Shown one piece after another: positions 7,140 to 13,497 of a DNA stretch of 64,000 bases; position 1 is the stretch's first letter, and every line of letters begins with the position of its first letter. This DNA is from an uncultured Candidatus Saccharibacteria bacterium (GTDB lineage: Bacteria > Patescibacteriota > Saccharimonadia > Saccharimonadales > JAGQNJ01): positions 10,054 to 74,053 of the forward strand of contig CAZNZL010000002.1 in NCBI GenBank assembly GCA_964577565.1. The letters run 5' to 3'. The position numbers and the translations under genes were made by a program. The notes under the pieces are model-generated. The model ran no database searches and was not told the origin of the DNA. It worked only from the letters and a program-made list of their open reading frames with translations.

Positions 7140-8501
7140 ATGTCCTTCTACAAATCAGGATGGTCACAGCAAATGTCTATCGAAGCGGATACCAAGGCGG
7201 GCGACAAGACGTCTCCTGCTCCCAAGATGCTGGAGCTGTACGGGAACACTAACCCGGACGGCCACAGCGATGCCGTCATCACCGTGAGGTGGTGTGGCAG
7301 CCCTGCGCTCATCGCGGAACTGAAGAAGGAGCAGGTCACCAAGCCCTACGTTCTTTTGGTCGTGAGGCCGTTCACCTGGGTCCAGGAAAGCGGCAAACGA
7401 TTCAAGCAGTACCATGGGCAGAGCCTGCGACGGTTGGTTCCGCTTACCAGTGAGCTGGCCTACATCAGCCTCTCCCGGCCCGGACTGAACGAGATCATGG
7501 CCACGGTGGTCTATAACAAGCATGGCTACGGTCACTTGCTGGAGCTCAATCCCCTGTTCTTGAGTGGTGGCCCCTTCAGCTACTCCACGCACATCTTCGA
7601 CTGGGGAAACCCCAATGGCAGACCCGAGGATCTGTTGACCAAAGTTCGGCGAACAACTCGCAGCAGCAGCGAGTACACGGCCAGGATCGTGACCGCTGCG
7701 ACGGACACGATCGACGTTGAGGTCCCGAAGGAGCTCTTCGCCAAGGAATACCCCAACTGGGTCAAGGCCTTCGTGGGCAAGTTCTTCACGAAGCCGGCAG
7801 TCGACCAGTGTCACATGCGTCGGCGTTTTCTCTGGAGCATGGCCTTCGCCCTGCCGTATTTCATTTTCGCCTACTTTGCCAGGCTGGTACAGCTGGGAGT
7901 GGGCGGTTGGCTCGGGCTACGCAAGATGCATGTCCGAAGCTTCTTTCACCCACTCAAATACGGGTTCAACGACGTCACTACCGACCAGGACAAGCCCATC
8001 TGGTTCTTCAAGGATGACGGTACACCCAGACCCTTCTGGGCCATGTGCCTGAACCCTGTTACGCCGGTGGTGCTTGGTCTCATCTTGTGGGGGATCGGCA
8101 CGATCCACATGACCCGCAACGGGGAGATCGTCGGCATCATCGGCTGGGACTGGTGGCAGTACTTTGTGCTTGCCGCTGTACTTCACGTAGGCTTGGCCTG
8201 TGTGGCGTTGGTCCTGCTCGGTGTGCTTGTGGTCGTTTCTTTCGTGGTGGGCATGTCGCTCACTGCTGCGCTCAAAAGGCAAGCCTCAAGGCGCCTCGAA
8301 AAGCACCGAGCACTTGCGAAGCAGCAGCGGGAGGAACGCAAGCAAGCTGACCTGAAGGCACTCGAGAGGGAGCTGACGGGCATGGCTTGTCAGCCTACGC
8401 CTTCGATGGTTTCGCTCGACGCCCTGCCGAAGGAGAAGCGCACTCTGCGGCTCTACCTCCAGGATACCAAGCGAAAGGTGTGTAGACCCATCGCCCGGTA
8501 A
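7140..8501 (+). CDS. Hypothetical polytopic membrane protein (453 aa), compositionally foreign
   Basis: Longest ORF in a locally GC-rich block, with strong G/C third-position bias and antisense shadow ORFs. About 210-aa soluble N-terminal domain, roughly 4-5 TM helices (aa ~225-375), a charged coiled coil (KRQASRRLEKHRALAKQQREERKQADLKALERE), and a tail ending KRKVCRPIAR. Confidence 0.8.
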   Translation: MSFYKSGWSQQMSIEADTKAGDKTSPAPKMLELYGNTNPDGHSDAVITVRWCGSPALIAELKKEQVTKPYVLLVVRPFTWVQESGKRFKQYHGQSLRRLVPLTSELAYISLSRPGLNEIMATVVYNKHGYGHLLELNPLFLSGGPFSYSTHIFDWGNPNGRPEDLLTKVRRTTRSSSEYTARIVTAATDTIDVEVPKELFAKEYPNWVKAFVGKFFTKPAVDQCHMRRRFLWSMAFALPYFIFAYFARLVQLGVGGWLGLRKMHVRSFFHPLKYGFNDVTTDQDKPIWFFKDDGTPRPFWAMCLNPVTPVVLGLILWGIGTIHMTRNGEIVGIIGWDWWQYFVLAAVLHVGLACVALVLLGVLVVVSFVVGMSLTAALKRQASRRLEKHRALAKQQREERKQADLKALERELTGMACQPTPSMVSLDALPKEKRTLRLYLQDTKRKVCRPIAR

Positions 8502-8694
8502 GAACCCATCGGCTGAGATAGAAGGAGCATTCGGCTCAACCCTATGATCAAGACATGCAGACATAAAAGATCTGCGTGAGAAGCACCCCACCTCGTGCTC
8601 TCATAGGGAATAGACCTGAAAACACTAAGAGTGTTGGCAAATGTCGACACTTCTCACAATTTGTGAGTTTGTGTTACTAGGGTCTTTTTTAATT

Positions 8695-8956
8695 GGTTCA
8701 AAGTAATTTACGCAATACAATAACATCACATTTATCAGAGTAAATAAGGTTCAGGAAGTTGTTGCCTAGCTGCTTCTTGTAACCTACGTTTCCAAACTAT
8801 ATCTGGGTTTTCCATTAGCCAATCTATAATGAACCGTAGTGGTTCAGAAGTTTTAGCCTCTGCTCCACCACGTCGGACGTGAGTCCGACCAAACCAAAAA
8901 CATGCAAATAAATAGCATGTTTTTTTATTTGATCTTCCAGACATCCTCCTCTTCCG
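8695..8956. repeat. Direct repeat unit B (~262 bp), paralogous to 6659-6915
   Basis: See unit A; same orientation. Confidence 0.75.
8735..8944 (-). CDS. Small conserved protein, copy B (69 aa from the ATG at 8944; the track ORF starts at a TTG at 8959)
   Basis: The C-terminal 45 codons align with copy A and show many synonymous differences. GGAGG abuts the ATG at an atypical spacing, so the start is uncertain. Confidence 0.5.
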   Translation of the reverse strand: MSGRSNKKTCYLFACFWFGRTHVRRGGAEAKTSEPLRFIIDWLMENPDIVWKRRLQEAARQQLPEPYLL

Positions 8957-9031
8957 CAAAAACCATTCCCGCTTTTTGCGGAATTATTCATAAAATTATG
9001 CTTTTAGGTTGGGCGCTTGTGCTTTACGCTG

Positions 9032-9472
9032 CTAGCGTTTACGCAGCTGGAAGGTTAGCATAAAGCGATGGGTTGTGCCGTGAGGATCATCCGCAAGATC
9101 CCGGCTTGTAAAGGCGTAATGCTCGTACAGCTTTCTTGCCCTTCTGCCCTCTACGGGCCGTTCTAGTTCTATTTTCCAACCGTTATTAAGGTCACTGTAT
9201 GCTGATTCGTTATAGTAAAACGGCGCAAGCAAGCCACGCTGTTCTAAAAATAATATGATGGCTGTGTGCCTAATATAACTGGTCTGAGCATAGAGGTTAT
9301 TCTCTATAACCGTCAACGTTTTAGGGGAATAATCTCTTTGTTGAACAGTACTGTCAACATAGTCGCTCAAACTGGCCGCTAATTCATGCGCCAGCTTGTC
9401 TAACGCTGCCTCTTCAGCCTCTGGATTAAACGTCGGCTCTTCGGGCAGTGGATACCGTTCTATTGTTCTCAT
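9032..9472 (-). CDS. Hypothetical protein (146 aa)
   Basis: Long ORF with no recognisable motif. A 9-bp hairpin (8954-8981) lies downstream. Confidence 0.6.
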   Translation of the reverse strand: MRTIERYPLPEEPTFNPEAEEAALDKLAHELAASLSDYVDSTVQQRDYSPKTLTVIENNLYAQTSYIRHTAIILFLEQRGLLAPFYYNESAYSDLNNGWKIELERPVEGRRARKLYEHYAFTSRDLADDPHGTTHRFMLTFQLRKR

Positions 9473-9513
9473 ACCCGCATCTTATCGCGTAACCCGGCAC
9501 GGACGCAAGACAC

Positions 9514-9542
9514 AAAAAAGCGCCCCGCCTTAAACGGGGCGC
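9514..9542 (-). terminator. Intrinsic terminator of the YggT-like gene
   Basis: gcgccccg-ccttaaa-cggggcgc 8-bp GC stem. The A-run at 9514-9519 gives a U-run on the minus strand. Confidence 0.75.
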
Positions 9543-9561
9543 ATATGAAAGAAAATAGAAC

Positions 9562-9942
9562 TTAAACTTCGGGGTGGCGGTTACCAATGGTCACCAGCCG
9601 TGCCAATGCCCATGTTATTAATCCGTAAAACAAGATGGCAATTAAGGTCTCGAACTCAAAGCGGGAAACGCCAAACTGTTCTTGGTAATTAAAGATGCCA
9701 AAGAAGGGGGCAGCAAACGGATAGCTTGCCGAATAAATAAAGTCAACGAAGCCATTGCCCCTATTGGCTCCGAGTAACATAAGAATAAAACGCAAGGCCA
9801 ACAGCGCCATTATGACGCCGCCAATAAATGAAATGATTCGTGCCGCAACGTTGGTACTATGCTCGACTGGTGTCGTTTCGTCATCAATTTCATTAACGGT
9901 GTGTAATCTGCCGGTTCGGGTATCTCGAAAGGTCTGTGCCAT
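9562..9942 (-). CDS. YggT-family-like small membrane protein
   Basis: Two TM helices with RFILMLLGAN...FVDFIYSASYPFAAPFFGIF, which resembles YggT/Ycf19. Assignment is from memory only. Confidence 0.55.
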   Translation of the reverse strand: MAQTFRDTRTGRLHTVNEIDDETTPVEHSTNVAARIISFIGGVIMALLALRFILMLLGANRGNGFVDFIYSASYPFAAPFFGIFNYQEQFGVSRFEFETLIAILFYGLITWALARLVTIGNRHPEV

Positions 9943-10019
9943 AAAAAGCTCCTTGTTTAGGTACCTTTACAGTAGCAAGCAGCTGCAGCTTACGCTGTTA
10001 GAAATTGTACAAGCGTATC

Positions 10020-10589
10020 TTAGGCTTTGTTTTTGGCAGCTTTTAAGGCGTTAGCCCACCACAGTAGGTTATCAATCATGCCATCGATATTACCCATCAC
10101 GAGCGATTCATCGACGGTGCCATCTGGTTTAATAGCATCCCAGTTTTTGATAATGCCAACCGGCGTTTTATTAAGCGGAACCATGCCCATTTTAGACGTA
10201 ATATTACCGAGGTGTTCCAGGGCTCGAGCGGCACCATACGAGCCATACCCTACAAACGCTGCCGGCTTTCGATCCCATTCGTGATAAACCGTGTCGAGCG
10301 CATTTTTGAGCGGCGCTGGTATGCTGTTGTTATACTCAGCCGTTATAAAAATAAAGCCGTCGTAGCTTTTGACTTTTTTGCTCCACTGTTTGGTTGATGC
10401 TTGTTGATATTCTTGGCTCGAGGGTGATTTTGGCTCGCTTAAAAACGGCAAGTTCTCGTCTTTAAGGTCAATCAAGTCAAACTGGACACCCGGCTTATCA
10501 GAAATCTTACCCATAAACCAATCTGCCACCTGCCGACCGACTCTCGTTGGCCGGGTAGTACTTACAATTACGGCAATGTTTACACTCAT
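10020..10589 (-). CDS. NAD(P)H-dependent FMN reductase family oxidoreductase
   Basis: The flavodoxin-like N-terminus MSVNIAVIVSTTRPTRVGRQVADWF and the ITAEYNNSIP motif are typical of the FMN_red family. Confidence 0.8.
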   Translation of the reverse strand: MSVNIAVIVSTTRPTRVGRQVADWFMGKISDKPGVQFDLIDLKDENLPFLSEPKSPSSQEYQQASTKQWSKKVKSYDGFIFITAEYNNSIPAPLKNALDTVYHEWDRKPAAFVGYGSYGAARALEHLGNITSKMGMVPLNKTPVGIIKNWDAIKPDGTVDESLVMGNIDGMIDNLLWWANALKAAKNKA

Positions 10590-10671
10590 ACTGTCTCCTT
10601 ATACTATTTTTATATTACTATACTTAGTATAGTCACTAACTATATTTTGTAAAGTGTATTATAATAAAACT

Positions 10672-11007
10672 ATGCACCGGCAGACTACACGGCATCTTAT
10701 AAAGGATAGGTCTGATTGTATACAAGAAACGCTTCGTATTTTGGGTGACAAATGGACAGCCCTGATTCTGTTTCAGTTACGCAATGCAGACGCCACCTTT
10801 TCGCAACTTGAGGTGTCACTTGAGGGCATTAGCCCCCGTACCCTCAGCCAACGGCTTGACAAGTTAGAGGCTGAAAAAATTATTGTTAAGCGCCGCTACT
10901 GCGAACATCCGCCGCGTTTTCGTTATCACATTACTGACAAAGGCCAAGAATTACAATCGGTTTTACGTAAAATGGCCGACTGGGGCGATAAATATACAAC
11001 CAACTGA
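10672..11007 (+). CDS. HxlR family transcriptional regulator
   Basis: CIQETLRILGDKWTALILFQL...PPRFRYHITDKG winged-helix signature. Divergent from the FMN reductase gene. TATAAT at 10660-10665 lies 6 nt before the ATG, so the mRNA may be leaderless. Confidence 0.85.
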   Translation: MHRQTTRHLIKDRSDCIQETLRILGDKWTALILFQLRNADATFSQLEVSLEGISPRTLSQRLDKLEAEKIIVKRRYCEHPPRFRYHITDKGQELQSVLRKMADWGDKYTTN

Positions 11008-11032
11008 ACCTAAGGCTATACCGCTTACCGAT

Positions 11033-13495
11033 TTATAAACGAGGACTCAGCCCCACCGACGTAGCGCCCTTCTTTTCGACAATGACACTGACGCGGTAGC
11101 GCACCAGAGGAATGGTGACCATTTTTAAGTGATGCCAATAGGTGTAGCCGTTAGCAAGAAGCGGATCAGCCTCTAGCAGCGGTTTTTTATGTTTTCGGTA
11201 GTCTGCATAGGTATAAACAGCACCCACTATTAACAATGATCCGATGATACTAAGCAAAGCTGCAATAACGCCGGTATTGGCAAGCATGCCGGAGTTTTCT
11301 GTTGCAAAGCCCACCGGGTCAACAATTATGCCGTTTGGAGTTGCATCGGCATCAAGAGACGAGCCGTCTTGTATGCTATAGGTTAACTTTAAAGCAGTTG
11401 AGGCACCGAGAACCTCTTTGCTTACAGTAGAGCCGTTAATATCCGTATATGTTTTAGTAGTAGCATTGTATTTACGTGGTACGAATTTTTCTGGGTTAGC
11501 ATCAGTTTGATGATGCATGTACATCGTAACGGTAGCGGTATCACCTTGTGAACAGTAAAGCGTGAAGTCGGTGAGTCCGTATGGATAGTCATAGCCAGTA
11601 TCTTTTTGTGGTAGGGTTGTCGCCTTATGGTGCGTTACGGTTCCATTCTCAACACAACCAGCAGTCACTAACGTAGCATAGCTGGCCGTACCGTTTGTAG
11701 TTGTTACCGCAAACGACGTAACCGTGGGTTGAAGTTTGTCGGGCGTGCCGTCGTTATTACCATCACCGTTATTAGGCGCAGCGTCTTCTATTGCATCGGA
11801 TAGGCCATCGGCATCAAAATCATCAGCAGCGCCAACGGAAATATTTCTAGCAAATTCGCTGGTAGCACCAAAGCCAGAACTCGTCGTGTTGTCTATCGCC
11901 GTGGTAGTTGCCGAAAGAAATTTGTTACTAAAGTCACCGCTTACGGTAAGCGTGGCGGTTTTATTGCTACCCGGCGCAACAGCCGTTGCTGCTCCGAGAT
12001 AGGTTTCACCAGGCCCATAGCCAGACATAGAGCGATTATTGCTGGCAAAAAACTCTACACGGTAGGTGTTGCTTGGCGAGTCTGCAGCATCAAGATCATA
12101 CGTAACTGTTAGCTGGTTGCCAACTTGCTGGGCAGTTTTAAGTACCGGGGTGTTAATATAGCCATTGGGACCAGTATCAACGTCACCCGGATCGTTCGGG
12201 GTAGGACCCTTAGAGGTATACTCGTTTGGCCAAAAATCGGGCGGAAAGTCTGTATCCTTACCGTGCACAAGTTCTATGCCAATATCCTTAATAAGTACAC
12301 CGGCAATTTCTTTAGTCTTCATTTTAAATATTGAATTACCCAGGATCGCATTTTTTTGAGGAGTCGCCCCACCACCAATTTGCACAATATCCAAAGAGTT
12401 AACGACAACCCCGCCGGCTACATCGGCAATGACATTAGCCTCATTTTCACCGGTGCCACCAATAAGGTTTTCAGCTGCAAATAATTGCAGAACAACACCC
12501 GGACCCTGGACTATATCGCTGTCATCAATTAACTCACCCTTATAATCAGTTCCAATAAAATTGCCTTGAACCGTATTATGGGTGGTAAATATAACAATAG
12601 CAGCCTCGAGCCCTCCGTTATACACATTAGCCTGGCCAGGCTCTCCGCCGCCTATTGTAATGTTTTGAGCAACCGGGTCATTGCCGAGCAAACTTGAACC
12701 AATCACTGTACCGACAGAGTTTGTCAGCTGCGTTGCGCCGTCTTTACCAATGCCAATATAGTTACCATACATAGTAGATTGGGTGCAGTCCATTGACACT
12801 GCCGAATTATTTTTATTTTGCGAAGCAGTAATAATATTGCGATTTTCAGGGCTACTACCCCCGATAGCCAGGTTTGAACAGCCAGGTGTAGTATTAATGC
12901 CACCCCCATTACCACTGCCCGCCTCTACGCCCGATGGCTTGACGCCAATATAATTACCCTCCAACGTTATATCATTTGAATTTATGACTATTTGGGTGGT
13001 TGTGTAGCTATGGATTGATATACCCCTAACAGTACTGCCGTCAACACCCTGCAAAATTAACCCTGACATAGGCGCCCCGGCATTAGCACCATTAATTTCA
13101 ATAGTGATGGTGCCGTTAAACGGTTCGGGGCTGATGGCGGTATTTGCCTGAGAGCCAGGTTGCGAGTAACCGTCAATAAGCAGGGGCTCGGTTGGCACAG
13201 GCAAAATTCCTGTCGGAGCTATGGTATGAACCCCTGTCCCCGGAATATTAAATTCAATGATATCCACGTCGCCGGAATTGCCATTGCTATTTGCGTCTTC
13301 CATTGCTTTAAACAGCGAGCCTTCGCCCGAATTCGCGGTCGTTGTTACGGTAAATACTTCTGGTGCTGCAGAAGCGTGGCCTCTAAAAAGCAGCAACACT
13401 AGGCAATAAAAAAGTACCATTGCAGCTATAAACAACAACGTAGACGTATCTCGACGTAATGTGTCTAGGTAATTTTTTGCTCCATACATACCCAT
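11033..13495 (-). CDS. Large surface protein paralog 1 (820 aa): signal peptide, beta-helix region, TSP3-like Ca-binding repeats, beta-sandwich region, LANTG sorting signal, TM helix, conserved tail
   Basis: Motifs: APEVFTVTTTANSGEGSL, IDGYSQPGSQANTA, DADGLSDAIEDAAPNNGDGNNDGTPD, then LANTG + hydrophobic segment + YRKHKK + a 48-aa tail. Confidence 0.85.
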   Translation of the reverse strand: MGMYGAKNYLDTLRRDTSTLLFIAAMVLFYCLVLLLFRGHASAAPEVFTVTTTANSGEGSLFKAMEDANSNGNSGDVDIIEFNIPGTGVHTIAPTGILPVPTEPLLIDGYSQPGSQANTAISPEPFNGTITIEINGANAGAPMSGLILQGVDGSTVRGISIHSYTTTQIVINSNDITLEGNYIGVKPSGVEAGSGNGGGINTTPGCSNLAIGGSSPENRNIITASQNKNNSAVSMDCTQSTMYGNYIGIGKDGATQLTNSVGTVIGSSLLGNDPVAQNITIGGGEPGQANVYNGGLEAAIVIFTTHNTVQGNFIGTDYKGELIDDSDIVQGPGVVLQLFAAENLIGGTGENEANVIADVAGGVVVNSLDIVQIGGGATPQKNAILGNSIFKMKTKEIAGVLIKDIGIELVHGKDTDFPPDFWPNEYTSKGPTPNDPGDVDTGPNGYINTPVLKTAQQVGNQLTVTYDLDAADSPSNTYRVEFFASNNRSMSGYGPGETYLGAATAVAPGSNKTATLTVSGDFSNKFLSATTTAIDNTTSSGFGATSEFARNISVGAADDFDADGLSDAIEDAAPNNGDGNNDGTPDKLQPTVTSFAVTTTNGTASYATLVTAGCVENGTVTHHKATTLPQKDTGYDYPYGLTDFTLYCSQGDTATVTMYMHHQTDANPEKFVPRKYNATTKTYTDINGSTVSKEVLGASTALKLTYSIQDGSSLDADATPNGIIVDPVGFATENSGMLANTGVIAALLSIIGSLLIVGAVYTYADYRKHKKPLLEADPLLANGYTYWHHLKMVTIPLVRYRVSVIVEKKGATSVGLSPRL

Positions 13496-13497
13496 GC

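Noticed and set aside
7148-8650. Numerous ORFs on both strands inside the GC-rich gene (for example 7164-7814 minus, 7717-8052 plus, 7917-8282 minus, 8286-8591 minus).
   Set aside because: These are shadow ORFs, as expected in a high-GC3 gene. They are Arg/Pro/Gly-rich, low-complexity translations, all nested within the single long 453-codon frame.
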